Shown here piece by piece: positions 37,031 to 45,845 of a DNA stretch of 48,154 nt (the first letter of the stretch is position 1; each line of letters opens with the position of its first letter). The DNA is from Candidatus Bathyarchaeota archaeon (lineage in GTDB: Archaea > Thermoproteota > Bathyarchaeia > TCS64), in assembly GCA_043826455.1 (NCBI GenBank), contig JBDRQD010000064.1, forward strand, positions 1-48,154, read 5' to 3'. The notes under the pieces are model-generated. The model ran no database searches, had not been told where the DNA came from, and saw only the letters and a list, made by a program, of their open reading frames with translations. The position numbers were made by a program, and so were the translations under genes.

Positions 37031-37741
37031 TTAGGCCCTGGTCTTGAGGACCCGCCGGTCCTGGGGAAGCTTCTCGGATGCGTACCTGAGCACCAGGGCG
37101 GGGGCCCGGTCCCTCCACCTGAGGAGATATTCGCGGACCTCCTCCGGGTGCCTCTTAGAGGCCTCCTTCAGAAGCCACCCCACACCCTTCTGGACCATGT
37201 CGTCCTCGTCCTCCATGAGCCTGTCGGAGAGACTGAACACCTCCTCAGGGAGCAGCCCCTTTCTGGCCAGGGGGACCAGGCTCACGGCAGCCGCCCGCCT
37301 CCTCCACCGGTTACCCGACCCTGCCCACATCATCAGCCTCTCCACCTGGGAAGGGTCCCCGGACACCGAGGCGGCTATCATGTGGGTGGCCAGGGTGTCC
37401 GTGGTGGCCCAGTTGGTGAGGTGGTCCACCCAATGGTCGAATGTGTCCAGGTGCTGGGGGCCAAACTTCCTCCTGAACCTGTCCAGGATGCCCAGTCCGA
37501 CCCCGGCTAGGGTGAGGTTTCCTGTCTTCAGCAGCGTCTCTGCTAGGCTCATGGCGGCGTCTAGGTCCCCCTTCACCTTGGGGTAGTACTTCTTGGCCAG
37601 GGCCTTGCTCTGGGTCGTGGTTAATCCGTAGGCTTTTATGGGCTCCCTGAAGTACCGCTTGAGCTGCCTCTCCTTCTCCGGGTCACCCAGCCTCCTGGCC
37701 TCTTCCTCTATCTCCTCTGCCAGGCTACTCAAAGGCCTCAC
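37031..37741 (-). CDS. DNA alkylation repair protein (AlkD-like HEAT-repeat glycosylase)
   Basis: NWA..D, W..S.N.W.RR, D..DMVQK.VGW.LKE, RYA.EK. Confidence 0.88.
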   Translation of the reverse strand: MRPLSSLAEEIEEEARRLGDPEKERQLKRYFREPIKAYGLTTTQSKALAKKYYPKVKGDLDAAMSLAETLLKTGNLTLAGVGLGILDRFRRKFGPQHLDTFDHWVDHLTNWATTDTLATHMIAASVSGDPSQVERLMMWAGSGNRWRRRAAAVSLVPLARKGLLPEEVFSLSDRLMEDEDDMVQKGVGWLLKEASKRHPEEVREYLLRWRDRAPALVLRYASEKLPQDRRVLKTRA

Positions 37742-39335
37742 CCAGGGGAACGGTGGTGAGCTGCATGGCGTCCCCCCTCTTGGACACTATGATGGTGTGC
37801 CTCCAGGCGGGGTCCTCCCAGGGGTGGTCCCTCCTGTAGTGGGCGCCCCTGCTCTCCCTCCGCTCCATGGCCGCCCTGATGATCATCTCGGCTGCGTCCA
37901 GGGCCATGATCACCTCGAGGGCGGCCATCATGGGCTTGCCCTGCTGGGCCAGTATCTGCCTGCTGCTGTCCCGGAGCTCCTGCACCTTCTCGTAGGCCTC
38001 CACCAGCATGCCGCCGTCCCTGACGATGCCGGCCTTCTCCCACATGGTCTCCCTGAGGGCCGCCATGATGTTGACGGGCCTGTGGCCGTGCTCCCTCTTT
38101 GCTATCCTCCTGTATCTCTCCTGCTCCGGCTCGGCCAACGCCTCCGCGTCACCGTGCTCCACGCCTCTGGCATACTCCGCGGCCTTGGCCCCGGCCCTGG
38201 CCCCGAAGACGGTGACCTCCGTCAACGCGTTGCCTCCGTGCCTGTTGGCTCCGTGGGTGCCTCCCACAACCTCCCCGGCCGCGAACATGCCCCTGACGTC
38301 GGTCTCGCCCCAGGTGTTGGCAACGACGCCCCCCATGCAGAAGTGGCTGAGGGGGGCCACTCTGAAGGGTCGCTCGTGGGCGCCCACCTTGTCGCGGTAG
38401 AACTCGTAGCTGCCCATGCCGAAGAAGTCCTCAGGCTTGGCCCTCTTCATGACCTCCCGGGCGTCTATGAGGACTGCGCCCTCCACGCCTCCCCCCTCCA
38501 GTATCTCCACCATCATGGCCCTGCTTAGGAGGTCCCTGCTCCTGGCGATGAAAGGCCTCTCCGTCACCTTGTGCTTCACGGGTATCTCCTCCCCCATGAT
38601 GTTGACTATCTTTCCCTGCTCCACCAGGGCGCCGTCCACCAAGAGGGGCGGAGCCCCCGGCTCGGCCAGGGCCATGGGAAAGAACTGGACGAACTCCATG
38701 TCCCTGAGCCTGGCCCCGGCGTGGTAGGCCAGGCTGTACCCGTCGCCCGTGGTCTTGAGGGGGCAGTCCGTCCTCTTGTAGAGGGCTCCGGCTCCGCCGG
38801 TGGCCAGGATCACGGCCTTAGCCTTGAACACGACTGGCTGCTTCTCGTCCGAGCTGTACCCCACGGCCCCTACGACCCTGTCCTCTTCCTTGAGGAGCCT
38901 GGTGACTATGATGTTGTCCACGAAGGGCACGCCCCGGTCCTTCAGGTACTTCACCATGGGCAGGGTTATGCCCAGGCCCAGCCTGGTCTCCGCGTCTCCG
39001 ACGTGGATGCCGCCCTTGCGCACCTTGACGTCGAGGCCGTATCTCTCAAGCTCCAGGACGCGTTCGCCGCCCTCCTCTGTGAGGACCTCCACTAGCTTGG
39101 GGTCGTTGACGCCCTTGCCCACGCTGAGGGTGCGCTCCCTGTGCTCCTCGGGGGTCATGCCTCCCACTGCGGCTAGGTACCCGGCCCCGGCCACTATGGT
39201 GCAGTTGTTGTAGCCGGCCCGGGACTTGGAGACCAGGAGCACTCTGGCCCCCTTCTCGTGGGCCTCGGCCGCTGCTCTGAGGCCTGCGCCCCCGGTGCCG
39301 ATTATGAGTATGTCCGTCTCGTAGACGATTGCCAT
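37725..39335 (-). CDS. Fumarate reductase/SdhA/NadB-family flavoprotein with altered active site
   Basis: IGTGGAGL, LATGG, TGDG, MEFVQF, HF.MGG, AAGE, HGANR.GGN, ESRGAH.R.D. Confidence 0.9.
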   Translation of the reverse strand: MAIVYETDILIIGTGGAGLRAAAEAHEKGARVLLVSKSRAGYNNCTIVAGAGYLAAVGGMTPEEHRERTLSVGKGVNDPKLVEVLTEEGGERVLELERYGLDVKVRKGGIHVGDAETRLGLGITLPMVKYLKDRGVPFVDNIIVTRLLKEEDRVVGAVGYSSDEKQPVVFKAKAVILATGGAGALYKRTDCPLKTTGDGYSLAYHAGARLRDMEFVQFFPMALAEPGAPPLLVDGALVEQGKIVNIMGEEIPVKHKVTERPFIARSRDLLSRAMMVEILEGGGVEGAVLIDAREVMKRAKPEDFFGMGSYEFYRDKVGAHERPFRVAPLSHFCMGGVVANTWGETDVRGMFAAGEVVGGTHGANRHGGNALTEVTVFGARAGAKAAEYARGVEHGDAEALAEPEQERYRRIAKREHGHRPVNIMAALRETMWEKAGIVRDGGMLVEAYEKVQELRDSSRQILAQQGKPMMAALEVIMALDAAEMIIRAAMERRESRGAHYRRDHPWEDPAWRHTIIVSKRGDAMQLTTVPLGEAFE

Positions 39336-39359
39336 AGGGAAATAGTTACCCGTCAAGCT

Positions 39360-39860
39360 TTAAACGGTGCCCTGGGCGCTCTCGTCGAGGACCACCCTCT
39401 CTAGGCACAGCTCCTCGGCGCTCTCCCTGGTCACCACGGCTTCCACCCTCAGCCTGGGGTCCAGATGGCTCAGGGTGTGCTGCAGGCTGGGGAGGGTGAG
39501 GTTGCCGCAGAGGCCGTTGAGGAACATGCCGCAGTCCACGCCCACGTCCAGGAAGGCCTCGTAGAAGGGGCACCGGCGCACCGCGAAGGTGACGCTGCTC
39601 TCATCTCTCCTGTGCTCCGTGATCTCTGCTCCGGCGTCCTCCATGAACCTCCGGTAGGCCTCGGCCCCGGCTTCCAGGGGGCTCAGCCCGGGGGGCAGGG
39701 TTCTCCTCATCTCCCTGGCCACCATGGCGCCCTGGCGCTCGGCTGCCTGGTCCAGGAGCTCCAGGGCCTCGTCGGTGCCGTGTCTCTCTATAACCTTCAT
39801 CATGTACAGAGCCTGGAGGACGGTGGCCCTCCTTACGCCTTCGAACATGGGGATCATCAT
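39360..39860 (-). CDS. ATC-hydrolase/V4R-like small-molecule-binding protein
   Basis: FAVRRCPFYEA, C...C pattern; 'G.DEA..L...A....G' N-terminal helix. Confidence 0.6.
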   Translation of the reverse strand: MMIPMFEGVRRATVLQALYMMKVIERHGTDEALELLDQAAERQGAMVAREMRRTLPPGLSPLEAGAEAYRRFMEDAGAEITEHRRDESSVTFAVRRCPFYEAFLDVGVDCGMFLNGLCGNLTLPSLQHTLSHLDPRLRVEAVVTRESAEELCLERVVLDESAQGTV

Positions 39861-39921
39861 CGGCCGGCGTTGTTTAAACTATTTGGGAACCGCTAAATAG
39901 GCTCGGGGCGCTGCTTGACTC

Positions 39922-40767
39922 ATGAGGGGGCGCAGCATAGTGGAGGCCGTGGCCGTGTTCGCGGCGATCGCTGCCGTCCAGTACCTGGCGCCCGGTGTGG
40001 CTCAGCTGGCCAGGTGGGAGACCCGGGCCCTGGGTGAGAGCTACTTCCTGGGGTTGCTGACGGCGGCTGTGCCCCTGTTGGCCCTGGTGGCCTCCAAGGG
40101 TAGCCTGGAGGATTATGGCCTGATCGTCTCGGACTGGAGGGCCAGTCTGAGTCGGGGCCTCATAGGGTACCTTTACCTGCTGTTACCCAACCTAGTCCTC
40201 TTTCTCATGACCGTGACGTTGGCGAGTGTAACCTACCTTCCCGTCTCATTGTTCGTGTCCGGCGTCACATTTTTTGCCATGTTCCTGGCCCTTGGGCACC
40301 TGTCGCTGGGCGGGAGCCCTAGGACCCGGAGGGACCTGGCTCTCATCGCTATCCTCTTAGGTGCGCCTCTTATCATCTCAGCTGTGTTCGGCTCACTCAC
40401 CTTCAGGCTGGCTTCCGCCGTTGTCTGGGAGCTGGTCTTCGGCGGAGTCGCCCAGGAGGTCCTGTACAGGGGATACGTGCAGAGCAGGGTGAACGAGGAG
40501 TACGGGCGGCCCTGGAGTTACATGGGTGTGGTTTTCGGGCCGGGGCTGCTGGTTTCCTCGGGCCTCTACGGGTTGGCTGGGGCCATGAGCGGCTTCAGGC
40601 CCTGGAGTGACCTGTACGCGCTGTCGTTGCCGGTGGGCATCCACGGGCTGGCCCTGGGCCTGTTCCTGGGCTTCCTGCGGGAGGCCACCGGCGACATAGG
40701 GGCCAGCAGCGTGGCCAATGGGCTCAGAGGCGCCGTGGGCAGGCTCCTCATGAGGGCCGTCGTCTGA
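39922..40767 (+). CDS. CPBP (CAAX protease/Abi) family membrane protein, degenerate catalytic motifs
   Basis: QEVLYRGYVQ in place of EExxFRG; G...G.LRE.TG.I; multi-TM. Confidence 0.75.
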   Translation: MRGRSIVEAVAVFAAIAAVQYLAPGVAQLARWETRALGESYFLGLLTAAVPLLALVASKGSLEDYGLIVSDWRASLSRGLIGYLYLLLPNLVLFLMTVTLASVTYLPVSLFVSGVTFFAMFLALGHLSLGGSPRTRRDLALIAILLGAPLIISAVFGSLTFRLASAVVWELVFGGVAQEVLYRGYVQSRVNEEYGRPWSYMGVVFGPGLLVSSGLYGLAGAMSGFRPWSDLYALSLPVGIHGLALGLFLGFLREATGDIGASSVANGLRGAVGRLLMRAVV

Positions 40768-40834
40768 CGCCGTGGGTGTCTGGGCCTGCTACACACACCA
40801 CCTTTAACCCCCGTGGGGTGAGCCCTAGTCAGGT

Positions 40835-41377
40835 ATGGCGGCTTCCAGCGGTCACTCTAACCCTCTACGGGTCCAACTCGATGGGATAGGCCGCGCGCTC
40901 CAGTCGGTTCTCAGGAAGTACAGGATCATCTACGTGGGCTACATCTTAAGCCTGGCCGCCTTCGTGGCCGCCTGCTACCTGGAGTACGTGGGGACCCCTG
41001 AGTTCCTGAGCTTCATGCAGGTGTACCACCTCCAGGAGATAGTGTTCGCCACCATGGTGTTCAGCGTCTTCATGCTGGTCTACTTCGTCCGGGAGCAGGA
41101 GAGGATGAGGTACGAGATGCAGCTGCAGGAGCAGCTGAGGGTGAGGGAGGGAGTTTGGATAGCCGAGCAGGAGATCAGGAACCAGATCATATTGATCAAC
41201 CAGGCGACGCATGTGGCTGAGAGGCGTGGGGAGCTGACGGGGCAGATGATCAAGGTGATACGGGACAACACTCAGAAGATGGAGAAGCACCTGGAGCTGC
41301 TGCAGAGGGACAACGTGGACCCCCGGAAGATTCAGGGCCTCTTCGAGGAGGATGCCTCGGAGCCGACGCCAGTCTAG
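40835..41377 (+). CDS. Hypothetical two-TM protein with coiled-coil C-terminus
   Basis: TATA-like TTTAA upstream; host-like codons. Confidence 0.75.
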   Translation: MAASSGHSNPLRVQLDGIGRALQSVLRKYRIIYVGYILSLAAFVAACYLEYVGTPEFLSFMQVYHLQEIVFATMVFSVFMLVYFVREQERMRYEMQLQEQLRVREGVWIAEQEIRNQIILINQATHVAERRGELTGQMIKVIRDNTQKMEKHLELLQRDNVDPRKIQGLFEEDASEPTPV

Positions 41378-41607
41378 ACTGAAAAAGTGGTTTATAAGGA
41401 AAAGTTTAGGCATTGACCTTGTCTAGGAAATGTTAGCCCATAATTATTATCGCTGGTAGGTAGCCTCGTCTATACTCATTTAAGCTCTGAATTCTCCCGT
41501 ATCATGAGGTTTTACTGGTAAGGAAATCTAGATCATGAGTAAGGTTAATTTAATCATGAAAGATTACATTTGCTTCAACGGGCTCCTCGCGCGGAGATGA
41601 GAGACTA

Positions 41608-42672
41608 GTGGGTGTCTGTGATAGTTGTGGTAAAAAGGTAGCTCTACCTTATCGTTGTAATTATTGTGGACTACATTTCTGCGACGAGCACCGTCTACCT
41701 GAAAACCATTACTGTGCTAATTTACCAAGTCGCTCCTGGCAAACATACAGTCGAGAAGGGGTACGCACACATAGATACATGCCAAAGACACCCAAAGTAT
41801 TTCCGGACGGGTCAAGATCGGCTCCAAGACCTGCTCCAAGATATAATAGGAAATCTAATTCGACCTTAATTATACTTCTAATAGTTGTTGGTGTGGGATT
41901 TGTTCTCTATGCAAGTGATCCAACAAGTTTCATGTCTACTATTGGGGGGTTGACTGAGCGATTCAGTAGTGAAGCAAATGAAACATCTCAAGAAATAGGT
42001 AAGATAACAAAAGATATCATAAAGCCAGTAAATGAATATGGGGATTATTATTTTGGGTTGGTGAAAGGTCCTGATGGTGTAACAAGCAATAGTTATGGAA
42101 GGTTTGTTGTTCTTATTAATAATAAAGATGCTGTGGACCCGACATATTCTCAGTTAGTTGATTTTTTAAAAACAGACAAAACGGATGAGTACCCGTATGT
42201 GAGGGTAGTAACCACATCCGGGTCATATTATGGAAGTGCAGAAAGTAATGTTGATATTAGTTATTTAGAAGCAATAATTAATGGTACCAAACAACCTGAC
42301 CCTCCTAGAATCTGTGCAGATTTTGCAGAGACACTTCATAATAATGCAGAACGGGCGGGATTCCGATGTGCGTATGTTTCTATCAAGTTAAGTGGATATA
42401 GCGATCCGTATAATTATAGTATTTCTTCTGATACTGGTCATGCTTTAGTAGCCTTTAATACTACTGATAAGGGGTTAATCTACATTGATTCAACAGGGGT
42501 ACCTTCTGCTATAAGGTCACCGTCAAATTGTGATAAGATAATAGATTTAATGGAAATTAGTAGTTCATACACCCCGAGAAGTCTTTTTCCTCAAAAAGGT
42601 TGGGACTCCATTTGGCAATCTATGGGAACTCTGACCGGTATTTACCTGACGTGGGATGGCGACTGGAAGTGA
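41608..42672 (+). CDS. AN1 zinc finger + TM helix + transglutaminase/papain-like Cys-His-Asp domain
   Basis: C..CG....LP..C.YC...FC.EHRLPE.H.C; LIILLIVVGVGFVLY; CADFA..LHNNA..AG, GHA..AF.TTD.GL.YID. Confidence 0.85.
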   Translation: MGVCDSCGKKVALPYRCNYCGLHFCDEHRLPENHYCANLPSRSWQTYSREGVRTHRYMPKTPKVFPDGSRSAPRPAPRYNRKSNSTLIILLIVVGVGFVLYASDPTSFMSTIGGLTERFSSEANETSQEIGKITKDIIKPVNEYGDYYFGLVKGPDGVTSNSYGRFVVLINNKDAVDPTYSQLVDFLKTDKTDEYPYVRVVTTSGSYYGSAESNVDISYLEAIINGTKQPDPPRICADFAETLHNNAERAGFRCAYVSIKLSGYSDPYNYSISSDTGHALVAFNTTDKGLIYIDSTGVPSAIRSPSNCDKIIDLMEISSSYTPRSLFPQKGWDSIWQSMGTLTGIYLTWDGDWK

Positions 42673-42705
42673 CTGGGATGGGTAGGACGAGGATTCACAC
42701 GGGGC

Positions 42706-43038
42706 GTGGCTAAGGTGAAATTGTTCTATGCTAAACTTTGGTTAAAGAAGTTCATTAAGTACAACCACGATAATGAACCTAGCATCCTCCAACGTGATTT
42801 AAATCGAAATGTGATAAATCTTTCACATAGGGTCTTCAAATCTGGTGGGGAACGTGGGCACAATTTTAGACAGGATATACGCCTAAAATTGCACCGGTTC
42901 ATCCAAGCAGAATTACCTAATTACAACAAATATTGGAAAATCAAGTCACCAAACCTTGGATATTTAGGTTCCCCATCTCTGTTTGATACACTGAAAAAAT
43001 ATCTTAAGCGATTAAGATTTGGGAGACGATTTCGATGA
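42706..43038 (+). CDS. Hypothetical basic protein
   Basis: ORF inside islet, ATGA-coupled to the next gene; no family recognised. Confidence 0.45.
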   Translation: MAKVKLFYAKLWLKKFIKYNHDNEPSILQRDLNRNVINLSHRVFKSGGERGHNFRQDIRLKLHRFIQAELPNYNKYWKIKSPNLGYLGSPSLFDTLKKYLKRLRFGRRFR

Positions 43039-43483
43039 GAGAAGTTACCCATGATCGACCACGAATTGAAATAGATACTAGGATAAGGATACGTAGACGT
43101 GGGCTAGCTATAGTCGAGTCCGAGAAGGGCATTCTAGTTGTATCTGGTAGTGGTAACCGATACAGCTTCCTGGTGGTGGGGCTAGAAGAGGTGAGAGTCG
43201 GAGAGATGCCACGATTCGAGAACTACTAGAAGAAACAGGTCTCAGGACAAGAACAATACGTTACTTATTCAAATACTCTGGTAGGATTTGGAGAGACAGT
43301 AGAGGGCAACCCACACAGAATCACACAAAAGTATTCTTGGTCGATGCCGTTGGGGAACCTCGTCCTGGGGGTGAGGTTAAGCACTTATTCTGGTATAATC
43401 CGTATTCCAATGTCACTATCACTAGTGCTACGCGAGAAACTATAAACAAGTATTTTGAATGGAAGGAAAAGCAGAATTGTTGA
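43035..43483 (+). pseudogene. Nudix hydrolase with a 1-nt frameshift
   Basis: Shifting -1 at ~43166 gives LPGGGARRGESRRDATIRELLEETGL (complete Nudix box), open to TGA at 43481-43483. Confidence 0.85.
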
Positions 43484-43574
43484 ATATTAAACATTTTACG
43501 ACAGTATAAACGATAGAACTCGGCACAAACGCTGAGTATTTTAACGCGTTTGTATTGAAAGAAATAAGGTAATT

Positions 43575-44993
43575 TTATAGCACTTTGTCCAGGTAAAGCT
43601 TTCGCCTGTAGAGGACGCCCATGACGTCGGCGGCCCTCTCCGGCGTCGTGTACACGGGCACCCTCTCCTTCTCAAGGACCTTGGCCGACTCGCCCGCCAC
43701 GTCCGCCGAGGGGTCGATGACTATCACCGGCTTGTCGTACTTCTTGTAGGTCTTCAGCAGCGTTGTGTTGATCCACTGGTACATGCCGGCCAGGTCCTCG
43801 TTGGCCACGTCCGGGAACATGGTCTTGATGATGGCCGTGCCAAGGCTGATGGTGATCAATCCGTGGATGTTAGGCTGCTTCAGCACCACGTCAGGCACAT
43901 TCAAGAAGCTGTTCATGTTGAGGCTGGCCGTCAGGTCCACCGGGTTCTTGGGGTTACCGAACTCGGGGATAAGCGCCTTGACCTCCTCCTGGGCCGCCTC
44001 ATCCAGGGTGGGCACGGAGAGCCCGTTCTGGATGAGCCGGTCCGCCGTCTCCACGGCCACGCCGCCGCTGTTGCTCACTATGCCGATGTTGGGCCCCTTG
44101 GGCAGGGGACAGTAGAGGAGCCCCTTGACGTAGTCGAACATCTCTGAGGCGTCGTAGGCCCTGATGACGCCCGCTTGCTTGAAGGCGGCGTCGTAGACCT
44201 TGTCGCTGCCGGCGATGCTGCCAGTGTGGCTGGCCGCGGCCTTGCTGCCGGCCTCGGTGACGCCCACCTTGATGGCCACTATGGGCTTGGTCTTGCTGAC
44301 CTGCTTGGCCACCTCGAACCAGTTGCGGCCCGACTTAAGGCCCTCGATATACATGGCGATGATCCTGGTATCTGGGTCCTCGCCGAAGTACTTGACGAAC
44401 TCGTAGCCTTTCAGGTCGCTCTCGTTGCCGCTGCTGATGAACTTGCCCACGCCCACGCCCATGGCCGAGGCGCGGAGGTAGAGCTGGAGGCCGTAGCCGC
44501 CGCTCTGGCTGATGAAGCTGACCTCGCCGCTCTCGTGGAGGAAGGGTATCATGAGGGCGCTGAGCTTGGCCTTGCTGCTGGTGACGCCCATGCAGTTGGG
44601 GCCTATGAACCTGGTGCTGCCCTTGGCCGTCTGGAGGATCTGCTCTATGAGCTGCCTGCCCTCCTCGCCGGCCTCGCTGAAGCCGCTGGTGATGATCACG
44701 GCCCCTTTGATGCCCTTCTCCTTGAGGTCGCCGAAGACGCCTGGCACGAACTTGGCTGGGACCACCACCAGGGCCATGTCCACGGGCCCGGGCACGTCAT
44801 TGACGTTGGCATAGCATTTGAGGCCCAGTATCTCCTCGGCCTTGGGGTTGATGGGGTAGATGATGCCCTCGAAGCCGCTCTGCTTCACGGCGTTGAGGAG
44901 CATGTAGCCCCACTTGAAGGGGTCCGTGCTGGCTCCTACGACGGCGACGCTCTTGGGCATGAGTATCTTGTCTAGTGCTTCCTTGGCTTCCAA
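43575..44993 (-). CDS. acdA: ADP-forming acyl/acetate-CoA ligase, alpha subunit
   Basis: VAVVGAS, YPINP, GFSE.G, GPNC.G, SQSG, GNE.D, AASHTGS.AG, NP.D. Confidence 0.9.
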   Translation of the reverse strand: MEAKEALDKILMPKSVAVVGASTDPFKWGYMLLNAVKQSGFEGIIYPINPKAEEILGLKCYANVNDVPGPVDMALVVVPAKFVPGVFGDLKEKGIKGAVIITSGFSEAGEEGRQLIEQILQTAKGSTRFIGPNCMGVTSSKAKLSALMIPFLHESGEVSFISQSGGYGLQLYLRASAMGVGVGKFISSGNESDLKGYEFVKYFGEDPDTRIIAMYIEGLKSGRNWFEVAKQVSKTKPIVAIKVGVTEAGSKAAASHTGSIAGSDKVYDAAFKQAGVIRAYDASEMFDYVKGLLYCPLPKGPNIGIVSNSGGVAVETADRLIQNGLSVPTLDEAAQEEVKALIPEFGNPKNPVDLTASLNMNSFLNVPDVVLKQPNIHGLITISLGTAIIKTMFPDVANEDLAGMYQWINTTLLKTYKKYDKPVIVIDPSADVAGESAKVLEKERVPVYTTPERAADVMGVLYRRKLYLDKVL

Positions 44994-45085
44994 CTCGATT
45001 CAACTCTGAACGTTTCATGAAAAGGTGCAGCCGATCCTATATAAAACTGTATGAACTTGGTGTTGCGGCGGCTCAACCCTGGTTA

Positions 45086-45141
45086 TACTTAACATTGTTA
45101 AGTAACCCTTATATTTAACGCTGTTATGCTTAACGCTGTTA
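45086..45141. promoter_or_regulatory. Three TAAC-N3-GTTA boxes around the padR TATA box; candidate autoregulatory operators
   Basis: TACTTAACA-T-TGTTAAGTA (45086-45104) and TTAACGCTGTTA at 45115 and 45130. Confidence 0.7.
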
Positions 45142-45144
45142 GGT

Positions 45145-45564
45145 ATGTGTGACTGTCCCGGAGGATGCCACGAAACCCACCACAGACACCACCCCCTCCC
45201 CGAGAGAGGCTGGATACAGTTCCTACTGCTGTTGCTGCTGAACGAGGAGTCCATGCACGGGTACCAGCTCATATCCGAGATGGAGGAGCGGGGCCTGGTC
45301 AGGGAGGGCCGGTTCAGAACCGGCTCCATATACACCATCCTCAACAGGATGGAGGAGAACGGGCTGCTCAGGTCCAGCCACGAGGAGAGCGACGCAGGCC
45401 GGACCCGCAGAATCTACGAGATCACCGATGAGGGCAGGGGGCACCTGAAGGCGGGGCTGGAGTACATGCTCCGGAGGAAACGGTTCCTCGACCACATGGA
45501 GGAGTACTACCTGCGGCACTTCCCGGAGCCACAGCCTGACAGAGGCAAAGAAGATGATGCATAG
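45145..45564 (+). CDS. PadR family regulator with Cys/His-rich N-terminus
   Basis: LL.LL....HGYQL, G.IY..L.RME..GL, RR.Y.IT..G. Confidence 0.92.
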   Translation: MCDCPGGCHETHHRHHPLPERGWIQFLLLLLLNEESMHGYQLISEMEERGLVREGRFRTGSIYTILNRMEENGLLRSSHEESDAGRTRRIYEITDEGRGHLKAGLEYMLRRKRFLDHMEEYYLRHFPEPQPDRGKEDDA

Positions 45565-45709
45565 ACACCACGGTTGCCACGGAGCCCACTGCGGATGCCA
45601 CAGGGTGATGTCCGTAGAGGAAGAGGTCCAGATGCTTGAGGAAGTCAAGGAGCACCTGGAGGCTCAGATGGCGAACGTCAACGAGAGGCTTGCGAAGCTG
45701 AAGGAGTAA
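45554..45709 (+). CDS. Small His/Cys-rich coiled-coil protein, 51 aa (MMHRHHGCHGAHCGCHRVMSVEEEVQMLEEVKEHLEAQMANVNERLAKLKE)
   Basis: Not in ORF track; overlaps padR end; heptad pattern EE...LE.....LE..L..V..RL..L. Confidence 0.8.
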   Translation: MMHRHHGCHGAHCGCHRVMSVEEEVQMLEEVKEHLEAQMANVNERLAKLKE

Positions 45710-45845
45710 CCCTGTTGGGGCGGGGCTCCCTCAGCTTCAATCATATATCCACATATTTTTACTTAATCTCTTTCCCTGTTCACCCGTCTCCCCGCTCACG
45801 GTGTGTGAGTCCAGTTTATAGCCGGACCCGGCTTAGCCTTCGTCG

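Larger units (their letters stand above)
41433..43574. mobile_element. AT-rich horizontally acquired islet (~2.1 kb), no mobility gene
   Basis: Abrupt switch to AT-rich DNA and A/T-ending codons; bounded by the acdA 3' end and a diverged copy of it. Confidence 0.7.

Noticed and set aside
43160..43175. Programmed ribosomal frameshift in the Nudix gene
   Set aside because: No X XXY YYZ slippery site or obvious stimulatory structure.
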